A DNA stretch of 64,000 nucleotides from contig JAKEHP010000027.1 of the NCBI GenBank assembly GCA_022614955.1, positions 16,555-80,554 on the forward strand. Reading direction: 5' to 3'. The notes under the pieces were generated by a model. The model was not told where the DNA came from. It ran no database searches and was given only the letters and a program-made list of their open reading frames with translations. The first letter of the stretch is position 1. Each line of letters starts with the position of its first letter. The stretch is from Candidatus Methylomirabilota bacterium. GTDB lineage: Bacteria; Methylomirabilota; Methylomirabilia; Methylomirabilales; JACPAU01. Below, piece by piece: positions 53,319 through 62,369 of this stretch. A program made the translations under genes and the position numbers.

Positions 53319-54377
53319 CTAGCGCTGGAGGAGGGCCCCGAGCGACGGCCGGAGGATTCCCCGCTCCCAGGCCGCCAGGTTCTGTGGGTCGGATTTCCCC
53401 CACACGAAGAAGAGCGCCATCGCCCCGTAGAAGGGCAGGTGCCCCACCAGCTCCTCTGCACCGAAGATGCCCAGGGTCAGGTTGAAGGGGAACCAGGCGA
53501 TGACGATGATGTCCCGGAGGAAGGTCCCGCTCAGGATGCAGAGGCCGACCAGGAGTTCCACCGCACCGATCATCAGCACGAACTGGGCATCCGTGAGGGG
53601 GATGCCGAGTGCGGGGAGGAAATTCAGGGGGTACTCCGCCAGGAAGTCCACGGCCATCGGGACGTTGAGAAGCTTCTCGGTGAAGGCGACGACGATCAGG
53701 CTCAGGCCGATCCCCACGCGCAGCATCGGGACGGCCCGCACGACGAGGGCCGGGCTCGGCTCCCACTTCGGGAAGAGCGCCCGGTCCACGGCAAGGGGTC
53801 CCCGCCCTGCACAGACGAAAAAGGCGCTGAAGCCCAGGATGTGGATCGCCTCCAGCATCGGTTCGACCCCAATCACGAAGAGACCGGCCCCCCACATCAG
53901 GGCCAGGAGGAGGGCGCAGAGGCGGGTGCCCGAGCCATACAAGAGGCCGAGCATCACCCCGATCTGCCCCAGGGTGAACAGATGGGCCCACATCCCCCCC
54001 AGGCCGTTGTTGGGGCTGAAGAGGGTGTGGTCCAGACCGTTTACCATCAGGGGGACGCCGAGATGAACGGCAAGGACGAGAGGCATAAAGGCGTACAGCG
54101 CATCTCGTGTCCCGGGCGTGCCGCCGAGGTCGTGGGGGCCGGGGATGACCGAGCGCTGCCCCCGCCATCGCCAAAGGAGCAGCCCCACCGCCCAGAGCGC
54201 GATCGGTCCCCCGATCGCCAGCCACGTCCAGGGGTCCGCGAGCGCCTCGGCGCGAAGCGGGTAGGCCTCGGCGTCGAGGAACCACTTTTCGTGCGCTTCG
54301 GCAGGGTGCCCCAGGGCAAACACAATTCCCGGCCCCCCGAGGAGCATTGCGCAAAGGACCTTCCGATCAGCTCTCAT
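53319..54377 (-). CDS. polytopic membrane protein of unknown function (DoxX-like C-terminal half)
   Basis: 352 aa, about 9 TM, signal-like N-terminus. Coding-like hydrophobic periodicity. Confidence 0.6.
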   Translation of the reverse strand: MRADRKVLCAMLLGGPGIVFALGHPAEAHEKWFLDAEAYPLRAEALADPWTWLAIGGPIALWAVGLLLWRWRGQRSVIPGPHDLGGTPGTRDALYAFMPLVLAVHLGVPLMVNGLDHTLFSPNNGLGGMWAHLFTLGQIGVMLGLLYGSGTRLCALLLALMWGAGLFVIGVEPMLEAIHILGFSAFFVCAGRGPLAVDRALFPKWEPSPALVVRAVPMLRVGIGLSLIVVAFTEKLLNVPMAVDFLAEYPLNFLPALGIPLTDAQFVLMIGAVELLVGLCILSGTFLRDIIVIAWFPFNLTLGIFGAEELVGHLPFYGAMALFFVWGKSDPQNLAAWERGILRPSLGALLQR

Positions 54378-54610
54378 GACGGTACCCCCGTGGCGAACGT
54401 GTTGGGCCCCAGCCGGCGCGGCTCTCTCTGGGCGGCACCGGTGTCGCTGGCCAACCGTGTACCGGGCTTTGGTCCAGCGGGGACATCTCAGCCGCTCCGC
54501 CGGGCCACCATGCTACCACTGCCGGTGCATGGTGGGAACCGAGGCCGCCCGGGACCCCTCGCCGGGCGGGCCGCCGCACAGGCTGGAGGGGTGGGAAAGC
54601 GGGGTCTCCG

Positions 54611-55546
54611 TTGACGCGGCTCCTGGGTCTGACCGTGGCAATCACCGGCAGCCGGAGAGCGTCGGAGCTCGCCCATCTCATCGCGAATTTCGGCGGCGTC
54701 CCGTATGTGGCCCCGACGGTGGGAATTGATGTGCAGGAGGAGCTGGGCCCCCAGGTGGACGGGTTGGTGCAGCGGATCGTCGGCGGCGAATGTGATTATG
54801 CGGTCTTCATGACGGGCCCGGGCGTGTATCTGCTGATGGCGCAGGCGGAGAAACTCGCGGTGCAACGCGAGGTGGTGGACAGGCTGAACTGTCTCTCCGT
54901 CGTTGCCAGGAGCCAGAAGCCGCAGAAGGTGTTGGAGAAGTACGGCGTGCGGGTGAGCCTGGTGCCATCGGACAATACGGCGGAAGGGATCGCCGCGGAG
55001 ATGGGGAAGCTCGATCTTCAGGGGAAGCGCGTGGCCGTCCTCTGGCATGGGGCCCCTGCGGCGATCCTCCGCCAGGAGCTGGAGAGAAGGGGAGCGGACG
55101 TCTTCGAGGCCCAGGCGTACCACTATTCGCCGGAGCTCGAGAGGAGCGGCGCAGAGGTGCTTGGAGCCCTGGGCTTTCAGTACGTAGCGCCCGAACACCG
55201 GAAGGTCCTCCAACTTATCCACGATGTCCTGGAGAGGAAAATTCACATCGTGACCTTCACCAGCCCGCCCTCCGCCAGGAATCTCTTTCAAATGGCAGAG
55301 GAGCACGGCCTGCACGCGGAGTTGTGCAGACAGATGGACGCGAACGTGCTGGTCGTCGCGGTTGGCCCCCCGACGAGGCGGGCCATCGAGGAACACGGTG
55401 TCAGCGTGGATGTCATGCCAGCGGTCTACAAGCTCGGGCCGATGGTGCGGGTGATCGCGGACTATTTCGCTCTCCCGCTCCCCTCGCAGAAGAAACGGTT
55501 CCTCGCGGGGACTGCCCCCGGGAAAGAGGGTGACGGTCGTGGCTAG
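54611..55546 (+). CDS. hemD: uroporphyrinogen-III synthase
   Basis: HemD-like two-lobe pattern (GLTVAITGSR...; TFTSPPSARN). TTG start as in the track. Sits with cobA and cbiX. Confidence 0.75.
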   Translation: MTRLLGLTVAITGSRRASELAHLIANFGGVPYVAPTVGIDVQEELGPQVDGLVQRIVGGECDYAVFMTGPGVYLLMAQAEKLAVQREVVDRLNCLSVVARSQKPQKVLEKYGVRVSLVPSDNTAEGIAAEMGKLDLQGKRVAVLWHGAPAAILRQELERRGADVFEAQAYHYSPELERSGAEVLGALGFQYVAPEHRKVLQLIHDVLERKIHIVTFTSPPSARNLFQMAEEHGLHAELCRQMDANVLVVAVGPPTRRAIEEHGVSVDVMPAVYKLGPMVRVIADYFALPLPSQKKRFLAGTAPGKEGDGRG

Positions 55547-55943
55547 CCCAAAGACAACCGATATGGATGTCCTCCTGCAACTCTATCAGATCTATGACCG
55601 GAACCGCGAAGCGCTTCTCTGGTTCCTGCACGACCTCGCGGCAAAGGACTACTCCGAGTACAAGGCCAAGTACGCAGGCACTTCAAAAGAACGCGTCTCC
55701 TTCACCTCGGTGTGCGGCTTCTTCGAGCTGTCCGGTGTCCTGGTCAACAGGAAACTGCTCAGCGCCGACCTGTTCTTCGATGTCTTCAACCCCACGCCCT
55801 ACTGGGAGCGTGCGAAGCCCATCGTGGAGGGCATGCGCAAGGCGAGGCCCCACATCTACGAGAATTTCGAACGCCTCGATGCAGAGCGAAGGCAGTGGGC
55901 AGAAAAGCGTCCGCCGAAGATCAGGCCGAAGACGCGGAAGTAG
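55530..55943 (+). CDS. hypothetical protein (no family recognised)
   Basis: 137 aa, lower GC than its neighbours, balanced composition. Alternative start 55563. Confidence 0.5.
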   Translation: MTVVASPKTTDMDVLLQLYQIYDRNREALLWFLHDLAAKDYSEYKAKYAGTSKERVSFTSVCGFFELSGVLVNRKLLSADLFFDVFNPTPYWERAKPIVEGMRKARPHIYENFERLDAERRQWAEKRPPKIRPKTRK

Positions 55944-56023
55944 CTCGTCCCTATGCCGGCAGATCATCACACGAACTCCGGCCGCGCCGCGCGGTGGCGC
56001 GGCCCGGGGCGCAGGGCTCGCTG

Positions 56024-56809
56024 ATGCAAACGAAGGGGAAGGTCTACCTGATCGGGGCGGGGCCGGGGGACCCGGGCCTGCTCACGCTGAAGGGGGCCCG
56101 GTGCCTGGGCGAGGCGGATGTCGTTCTGTACGACTACCTGGCCAACCCTGCCCTCCTGGGGCACACCCGGCCCGAGGCGGAGGTCGTGTACGTGGGCAAG
56201 CAGGGAGACGGAGAGCACACTCCCCAGGAGTGGATCACCCGCCTCCTCGTCCAGCGCGCGCGGGCCGGGCAGGTCGTGGCCCGCCTGAAAGGGGGCGACC
56301 CCTTCGTTTTCGGGCGGGGGGGAGAGGAGGCGGAGGCCCTGGCGAAGGCGGGCATCCCGTTCGAGGTCGTCCCGGGGGTGACGGCGGCGGTGGCGGTTCC
56401 AGCCTACGCCGGCATCCCCCTCACCCATCGGGACTGCGCGTCCAGCGTGGCGATCGTCACGGGGACGGCGGCGGCCGATCGGGAGGCACCCGGGATCGCC
56501 TGGGACAAACTCGCCACGGCTGTTGGCACGCTGGTCGTCCTGATGCCGGTCCGACGGCTTCCCGAGATCGCCCGCCGTCTGCTCGCGCACGGCCAGCCAG
56601 CCAGCACCCCGGCGGCCCTGATTCGATGGGGTACCAAACCCGAGCAGCGGACGCTGGTAGGCACCCTCGGAGATATCGCGCAGCGGGCGGCGGCGGCCCG
56701 CATTCAGCCGCCGGCCACACTGGTCGTCGGCGAAGTCGTCCGGCTGCGCGAGATGCTGAGGTGGTTCGAGGAGGGAGCGGACTATGAAGACGGTCCTGCT
56801 TCTGGTTGA
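56024..56809 (+). CDS. cobA: uroporphyrin-III C-methyltransferase
   Basis: [41 protein letters not shown] motifs. Confidence 0.9.
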   Translation: MQTKGKVYLIGAGPGDPGLLTLKGARCLGEADVVLYDYLANPALLGHTRPEAEVVYVGKQGDGEHTPQEWITRLLVQRARAGQVVARLKGGDPFVFGRGGEEAEALAKAGIPFEVVPGVTAAVAVPAYAGIPLTHRDCASSVAIVTGTAAADREAPGIAWDKLATAVGTLVVLMPVRRLPEIARRLLAHGQPASTPAALIRWGTKPEQRTLVGTLGDIAQRAAAARIQPPATLVVGEVVRLREMLRWFEEGADYEDGPASG

Positions 56810-56823
56810 CCGGGGGTGACGGG

Positions 56824-57591
56824 ATGGACCTGGGGATTTCCCTGCTGGGTTTCGTCGTGGGCATCCTGGTCGGCATGACGGGTGTCGGGAGCGGGTCAGT
56901 CATGACCCCCGTGCTCATCCTGGCCGGCGTCCGGCCGACGGTGGCCGTGGCCAGCGACCTCCTCTACGCCGCGATCACCAAGGGCGTCGGCGCCATCCAG
57001 CACCTCCGGCAGGGGACGGTGAACCTGTCCGTGGTTTTCTACCTGAGCCTGGGGAGCGTCCCGGCAGGCCTGTTGGGGGCGAAGCTCTTCACCGATCTGG
57101 AGCAGGGGCTTGGCCCCACGCTGGATGTGTGGGTCACCAGGATGGTGGCGGTTCTTCTGATTCTTCTCTCGGCCCTGACCCTGGTGGGTCTCCTGCGGCC
57201 CCGAAGCGACGGGCCGCGGAAGCCGCCCCTCCCCCGGACGGGTTCCGTGAAACTGCTGACGGTCCTCGCGGGCGCAGGGGTCGGCTTCCTCGTGAGCATT
57301 ACCTCCATCGGGAGCGGCTCCATTGTGGCGGCCCTCCTCCTGTACCTGTACCGGCTTCCCGCTGGCCAGGTTGTGGGCTCGGATATCGTCCAGGCTTTCT
57401 TCTTGGCCGGCGCGGCCGGGCTGGCCCACGCGGCCGGCGGACGGGTGGACCCCTGGCTTGTCGGGAACTTGCTGCTCGGCTCCATCCCCGGCGTGCTGGT
57501 GGGGAGTACCCTCTGCCCCAGGATGCCTCAGCGGGCCCTGCGGGGGGCCGTGGCGATGGCGATCCTGTACGCAGGTGTCAGGCTTCTCTAA
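56824..57591 (+). CDS. TauE/SafE (TSUP) family anion transporter
   Basis: 8 TM; G.L.G..G.GGG-type motifs (GILVGMTGVGSGSV; SITSIGSGSI). Confidence 0.85.
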   Translation: MDLGISLLGFVVGILVGMTGVGSGSVMTPVLILAGVRPTVAVASDLLYAAITKGVGAIQHLRQGTVNLSVVFYLSLGSVPAGLLGAKLFTDLEQGLGPTLDVWVTRMVAVLLILLSALTLVGLLRPRSDGPRKPPLPRTGSVKLLTVLAGAGVGFLVSITSIGSGSIVAALLLYLYRLPAGQVVGSDIVQAFFLAGAAGLAHAAGGRVDPWLVGNLLLGSIPGVLVGSTLCPRMPQRALRGAVAMAILYAGVRLL

Positions 57592-57609
57592 CCGGTGGGA
57601 GGATATTTG

Positions 57610-58413
57610 ATGACTGAGGCTGCGGAGGGCCGCGAGACGGCCGGCCGGGGTGTGCGTGAATCCGAGGGGGCGGCGGCGGAGGCGACGGGGGAAGTGGGAG
57701 GCATGCCAGAGCGGCTGCGGGCATACCCCGAGGAACGCCCGGCCGCGGAGGTCCTCGACTGGGCCATCCGGGCCTTCCAGCCCCGAATCGCTCTCGCCTC
57801 GAGCTTTGGCGCAGAGGACGTCGTCCTCATTGACATGTGGTGGCGGGCTGACCGGGAGGTTCGGGTCTTCACCCTGGACACAGGGCGCCTGCCGGAGGAG
57901 ACGTACGAGGTGATGGACCGGATCCGCGAGCGGTACGCGATCGCCATTGCGTCGTACTTTCCGGAGAGGGCGGCGGTGGAGGTGCTGGAGCGGGAGCGGG
58001 GGTTCTACTCCTTCCGCCGGAGCGTGGCGGATCGGAAACACTGCTGCGGCATCCGGAAGGTGGAGCCGCTCGGCCGCGCCCTGGCCGGCCTGGAGGCCTG
58101 GGTGACGGGGCTTCGCCGCGAGCAGGCCGAGACCCGATCGGCCGTCCAGCAGGTGGAGCGTGACCCGGCCCTCGGGGGGATCCTGAAGGTCAATCCGCTG
58201 GCCGATTGGACCACTGAGGATGTGTGGCGGTACGTCCGGACCCACGACGTCCCGTACAACCGCCTCCACGACCGGGGCTATCCCAGCATTGGCTGCGCGC
58301 CCTGCACCCGCGCTGTCCTGCCCGGGGAGGACCTTCGCGCGGGGCGGTGGTGCTGGGAGCGACCGCAGACCAAGGAGTGCGGCCTCCACCCGGTGCCTGG
58401 AAAGGGGGCCTGA
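57610..58413 (+). CDS. cysH: assimilatory adenylylsulfate (APS)/PAPS reductase, Fe-S type
   Basis: [27 protein letters not shown] and C-terminal ECGLH. The CC...CxxC set suggests the APS-reducing [4Fe-4S] subtype. Confidence 0.9.
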   Translation: MTEAAEGRETAGRGVRESEGAAAEATGEVGGMPERLRAYPEERPAAEVLDWAIRAFQPRIALASSFGAEDVVLIDMWWRADREVRVFTLDTGRLPEETYEVMDRIRERYAIAIASYFPERAAVEVLERERGFYSFRRSVADRKHCCGIRKVEPLGRALAGLEAWVTGLRREQAETRSAVQQVERDPALGGILKVNPLADWTTEDVWRYVRTHDVPYNRLHDRGYPSIGCAPCTRAVLPGEDLRAGRWCWERPQTKECGLHPVPGKGA

Positions 58414-58414
58414 G

Positions 58415-59596
58415 ATGGGCGAGGCGGTCACGCCTCACGGGGGATCCCTCGTGGACCGGGTTGCGCCGCCCGAGGCGCGGGCGGCCCTCCGGGAGCGGGC
58501 CCGCCACCTGCCGGCGCTCCCGCTCAATGTGCGCAGCCGGGCTGATCTGATCCTGCTAGCGACCGGGGCCTACAGCCCGCTGTCCGGCTTCCTGGGGGAG
58601 GCCGATTACCGCCGGGTTGTGTCGGAGATGCGCCTGGCGAGCGGCCTTCCCTGGTCCCTCCCCATCACGCTCGCCGTGGCCCGGGAGCGGGGAACAGTCT
58701 TGCGCGCCGGAAGGGAGGTGGTCCTCCTCGACGAGGGCGGGGAGTCGCTGGGGCTTCTCGAGGTGGCCGAGGTCTACCACTACGACCGGGAGGGAGAGGC
58801 GAAGGAGGTTTTCCGGACCACCGACCCGACCCATCCAGGCGTGGCTGCCCTGAACCGCCAGGGGGAGCTGCTCGTCGGCGGCCGGGTCACGCTCCTCCGT
58901 GATCCCCCGGCCGACCCGCCCGGCCCCTTTCCCCGCTACCCGGCGGAGACGCGTCGGGCCGTCCAGGAGCGGGGGTGGCAGACAGTCGTGGGGTTCCAGA
59001 CCCGCAACCCCGTCCACCGTGCCCACGAGTACCTCCAGAAGTGCGCCCTCGAGATGGTGGACGGCCTCCTGCTGCACCCGCTAGTCGGGGAGACGAAGGG
59101 GGATGACATTCCCGGGCCGGTCCGGCTCGCCTGCTACCAGGTCCTCCTGGAGGGCTACTTCCCCAAGGACCGGGTCCTGCTGGGGCTCTTGCCGGCGGCC
59201 ATGCGGTACGCGGGGCCCCGGGAGGCGATCTTCCACGCGCTCGTGCGCAAGAACTACGGCTGCACCCACTTCATCGTGGGGCGGGACCACGCGGGGGTCG
59301 GGAACTACTATGGGAGCTACGACGCCCACCGGATCTTCGCGGCCTTCACGCCGGAGGAGCTGGGCATCATCCCCCTCTTCTTCGAGCACGCCTTCTATTG
59401 CCGGCGCTGTGGCGGCATGGCGACGGCGAAAACCTGCCCGCACGAGGGCGCCGAACACGTCGCCCTCTCCGGGACCCGGGTCCGGGAGATGCTCACCCGG
59501 GTCGAGCTCCCCCCGCCGGAGTACACCCGCCCCGAGGTGGCCCAGGTGCTCATCCAGTGGGCGACCGAGGGGGGGTACCAACGCTACGAGATCTAG
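58415..59596 (+). CDS. sat: sulfate adenylyltransferase (ATP sulfurylase)
   Basis: [26 protein letters not shown]-terminus; 393 aa. Confidence 0.95.
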   Translation: MGEAVTPHGGSLVDRVAPPEARAALRERARHLPALPLNVRSRADLILLATGAYSPLSGFLGEADYRRVVSEMRLASGLPWSLPITLAVARERGTVLRAGREVVLLDEGGESLGLLEVAEVYHYDREGEAKEVFRTTDPTHPGVAALNRQGELLVGGRVTLLRDPPADPPGPFPRYPAETRRAVQERGWQTVVGFQTRNPVHRAHEYLQKCALEMVDGLLLHPLVGETKGDDIPGPVRLACYQVLLEGYFPKDRVLLGLLPAAMRYAGPREAIFHALVRKNYGCTHFIVGRDHAGVGNYYGSYDAHRIFAAFTPEELGIIPLFFEHAFYCRRCGGMATAKTCPHEGAEHVALSGTRVREMLTRVELPPPEYTRPEVAQVLIQWATEGGYQRYEI

Positions 59597-59816
59597 TGTG
59601 ACTCCAACGAATTGTGCTTAACGCTCACGCGACAGGGGGGGTGCCGGGCCAAATGACGAGCATCACGAGGCCCGAGGGAGGAGGCGGCCGGAGGCGTACG
59701 CTCTGGTACGTTGAGGACCGCCGACGATCGAGAACAAAGTGAGGCGAAGTGAGGTGGACCGGCACTAGCAGGCTCAGGCGGGCGCTGCCTTTGACAGGGG
59801 GAGGAAGGAGCGAACC

Positions 59817-60215
59817 ATGAAGACGGCCCTGCTTCTGATTGACCACGGGAGCGCCCGCGCGAAGGCGAACGAGCTACTGGCGGAAGTCGCCCTCCTGGTT
59901 CGCGCCCTGTCAGGTCTCGAAGTGGTCGAATACGCCCACATGGAGCTCGCCGAGCCCACCATTGCCCAGGCGTTTGAGGCCTGCGCGCGGGCCGGGGCGG
60001 ATCTGGTCATCGTTCACCCGTATTTCCTGGCACCCGGGAACCACTCGACGCAGGACATCCCGCGCCTGGCGGGCGAAGCGGCGGCCCGCCACCCCCGCCT
60101 TCGGTACCGCGTGACGGAACCCCTTGGGCTGCATGCCAAGATCGCCGAGGTCGTTCTCGAGCGTACCGGCCTCCCGTCGGTGCGCGACCAGCCGAAAGTG
60201 ACGCCGGCGGCATGA
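59817..60215 (+). CDS. cbiX: short CbiX-type sirohydrochlorin chelatase
   Basis: LLLIDHGSAR...IVHPYFLAPGNH pattern; 132 aa. Confidence 0.8.
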   Translation: MKTALLLIDHGSARAKANELLAEVALLVRALSGLEVVEYAHMELAEPTIAQAFEACARAGADLVIVHPYFLAPGNHSTQDIPRLAGEAAARHPRLRYRVTEPLGLHAKIAEVVLERTGLPSVRDQPKVTPAA

Positions 60216-60239
60216 GGGGCAGCAGGCGAGCCCCGCCCT

Positions 60240-60268
60240 TTGACAGGGGGAGCAGGCAGGGGTATACT
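60240..60268 (+). promoter_or_regulatory. candidate sigma70 promoter
   Basis: TTGACA-17 nt-TATACT, about 48 nt upstream of the NIL gene start. Confidence 0.5.
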
Positions 60269-60316
60269 CCCCGGCATACGACGGCGGCCTGGAGTCGGCG
60301 GCCGCGCGAGGGAGCC

Positions 60317-60556
60317 ATGGCGAAGCGGCGCGTGCACCTGACGTTCCCGGGGAAGCTGGCCGACGAGCCCATCCTCTGGCAGCTCAGCCAGACGTTCGAC
60401 CTGATCTTCAACATCCGCCAGGCGGATTACACCGAGGGCCTCGGCTGGATGATGACCGAGCTGGAGGGGACCGCGGCCAACCTGGAGGCGGGGCTCCGGT
60501 GGCTGGAGGGGCAGGGGGTGCGTGTGGCTCCGATCGAGCAGGACGTGCTCCACTGA
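60317..60556 (+). CDS. stand-alone NIL-domain protein
   Basis: 79 aa. VHLTFPGKLADEPILWQLSQTFDLIFNIRQA resembles the MetN C-terminal NIL fold. Confidence 0.7.
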   Translation: MAKRRVHLTFPGKLADEPILWQLSQTFDLIFNIRQADYTEGLGWMMTELEGTAANLEAGLRWLEGQGVRVAPIEQDVLH

Positions 60557-60569
60557 CCCGCTTTTCCAC

Positions 60570-60598
60570 TTGACAAGGCGGGGGCCCTCTGCTCTACT
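60570..60598 (+). promoter_or_regulatory. candidate promoter of the riboswitch-led transcript
   Basis: TTGACA-17 nt-TCTACT, about 40 nt upstream of the aptamer P1. Confidence 0.35.
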
Positions 60599-60637
60599 AC
60601 GCGAAATTCGCTCTCTGACAATCGACCGATTGCCCGC

Positions 60638-60753
60638 TTCTCATCTAGAGTGGCTGAGGGACTGGCCCTGTGAAGCCACGGCAACGGGCGGCCGCTGTGT
60701 GAGCCGCCGACGTGCCAACTCCTGCAGTCGGGGGACCGGCTGAGAGATGAGAA
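60638..60753 (+). promoter_or_regulatory. SAM-I (S-box) riboswitch aptamer
   Basis: UUCUCAUC-UAGAG-UGGCUGAGGGACUGGCCCUGUGAAGCCACGGCAAC...GUGCCAACUCCUGCAG...GAGAUGAGAA matches the S-box consensus (AUCnAGAG, GAGGGAcUGGCCC, UGAAnCC, GCAAC, GUGCnAAnUCC). P1 closes as UUCUCAUC/GAUGAGAA. Confidence 0.9.
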
Positions 60754-60781
60754 GGGGAGACGCGCCTGCTGCCAGTGTGCT

Positions 60782-60820
60782 GAGCCCCTTCTCAAACGAT
60801 GAGAAGGGGCTTCGATTTTT
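60782..60820 (+). terminator. intrinsic terminator (riboswitch expression platform)
   Basis: 11-bp stem AGCCCCUUCUC / GAGAAGGGGCU, 7-nt loop, then UCGAUUUUU. The P1 3' strand plus downstream GAGAAGGGG can alternatively pair with the terminator 5' arm (antiterminator). Confidence 0.8.
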
Positions 60821-60831
60821 CCGGAGGGAGA

Positions 60832-61050
60832 ATGCCGACGCGGCGGGTGACGCTCACTTTCCCCAAGACGCTGGTGACGGAGCCGGTAATCTGGCGGGTG
60901 TCGAAGGAGTTCGGCCTGGTCCCGAACATCCGGAAAGCCAGGGTGACGGTGGAGGCGGGGGAGGTGGTCCTGGAGTTAACCGGGACCGCCGACGCCCTGG
61001 ATCGAGGGATGGCCTACCTCAGGACGCTGGGCATCCAGGTCACGACGTGA
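60832..61050 (+). CDS. stand-alone NIL-domain protein (second copy)
   Basis: 72 aa. VTLTFPKTLVTEPVIWRVSKEFGLVPNIRKA, paralogous to 60317..60556. GGAGGGAG RBS. Confidence 0.7.
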   Translation: MPTRRVTLTFPKTLVTEPVIWRVSKEFGLVPNIRKARVTVEAGEVVLELTGTADALDRGMAYLRTLGIQVTT

Positions 61051-61087
61051 GAGGGGGCCGCGCCGCGCGGAGCCCCAGGAGGGACGG

Positions 61088-62338
61088 ATGGCGCACGTGA
61101 AGGGCCTGAAGTGCCGGGAGTGTCACCGGCCCTACCCCGCGAAGCCGCTCCACGTCTGCGAGTTCTGCTTCGGGCCGCTCGAGGTGGACTACGACTACGC
61201 GGCGCTGCGCCGCGTGGCGACCCGCCGGGCGATCGAGGCCGGTCCCCCCAGCATCTGGCGCTACCAGGCCCTCCTCCCGGTGGAGGGGGAGGCCGCCGTC
61301 GGGCACGCCTGCGGGATGACCCCCCTCCTCCCGGCCAAAAACCTCGGGGCGGCACTGGGGGTGCGCGAGTGCTACCTGAAGAACGACGCCGTCTGCCATC
61401 CCACCCTCTCCTTCAAGGACCGGGTGGTGGCGGTCGCCGTGACCAAGGCGCTGGAGTTCGGCTTCCCGGTGGTGGCCTGCGCCTCGACGGGCAACCTGGC
61501 TAACTCGGTGGCCGCGCACGCCGCCGAGGCCTCCCTCCGGAGCGTGATCTTCGTCCCCGCCGACCTGGAGCAGGGGAAGATCGTGGGGACGCTGGTCTAC
61601 CGCCCGACCCTGGTGGCGGTGGACGGCAACTACGACGAGGTGAACCGCCTCTGCAGCGAGGTGGCGGACAAGTACGGCTGGGCCTTCGTGAACATCAATA
61701 TCCGCCCCTACTATGCAGAGGGCTCCAAGACCTTCGGCTTCGAGATCGCTGAGCAGCTCGGCTGGCGGGCGCCCCGGCACATCGTGGTCCCGGCGGCGGG
61801 GGGCTCCCTGGTGACCAAGATCTGGAAGGGGCTCAAGGAACTCCAGGCCCTGGACCTGATCCCGGAGGTTTCCACCCGGATGTACGTGGCGCAGGCGTCG
61901 GGGTGCGGGCCCATCGTCAACGCCATCAAGGCCGACTCGGAGACCATCCGGCCGGTGAAGCCGAAGACCATCGCCAAGTCGCTCGCTATCGGCAACCCGG
62001 CGGACGGCTACTACGCCTTCAAAGCGGTCAAGGAGAGCGGGGGGGGCGCCGAGCACGCCACCGACGAGGAAATCCTCGAGGGGATCCAGCTCCTCGCTGC
62101 CACTGAGGGGATCTTTACCGAGACGGCAGGGGGTGTGACCGTGGCGGCGGCCCAGAAGCTCATTGCGCAAGGGGTGATCCCGCGGGACGAGAGCCTGGTG
62201 ATCTCCATTACTGGTAACGGCCTGAAGACGCAAGAGGCGCTCACCGGGGTGCTGCCCGCCGGGTTGACCATCAAACCGACACTTAAGGCCTTCGACGAGG
62301 CGCTGGCCGCCCACGAAGCGGAAACAAGTGGTGCCTGA
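61088..62338 (+). CDS. threonine-synthase-family PLP enzyme with N-terminal zinc-ribbon (candidate MetM-type homocysteine synthase)
   Basis: CRECHRPY...CEFC ribbon, PLP lysine motif TLSFKDR, ASTGNLANS. Context: SAM riboswitch upstream, MoaD-like carrier downstream. Confidence 0.8.
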   Translation: MAHVKGLKCRECHRPYPAKPLHVCEFCFGPLEVDYDYAALRRVATRRAIEAGPPSIWRYQALLPVEGEAAVGHACGMTPLLPAKNLGAALGVRECYLKNDAVCHPTLSFKDRVVAVAVTKALEFGFPVVACASTGNLANSVAAHAAEASLRSVIFVPADLEQGKIVGTLVYRPTLVAVDGNYDEVNRLCSEVADKYGWAFVNINIRPYYAEGSKTFGFEIAEQLGWRAPRHIVVPAAGGSLVTKIWKGLKELQALDLIPEVSTRMYVAQASGCGPIVNAIKADSETIRPVKPKTIAKSLAIGNPADGYYAFKAVKESGGGAEHATDEEILEGIQLLAATEGIFTETAGGVTVAAAQKLIAQGVIPRDESLVISITGNGLKTQEALTGVLPAGLTIKPTLKAFDEALAAHEAETSGA

Positions 62339-62369
62339 GCGACGGCGAGCCGGGGAGGGAAAGACAGGG

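Noticed and set aside
59597-59816. Checked the 220-bp gap before cbiX for a cobalamin or other riboswitch, or a tRNA.
   Set aside because: No B12-box-like GCCACTG element, no cloverleaf, and no recognisable conserved aptamer core by eye. Left as unexplained (see the 16-nt box finding).
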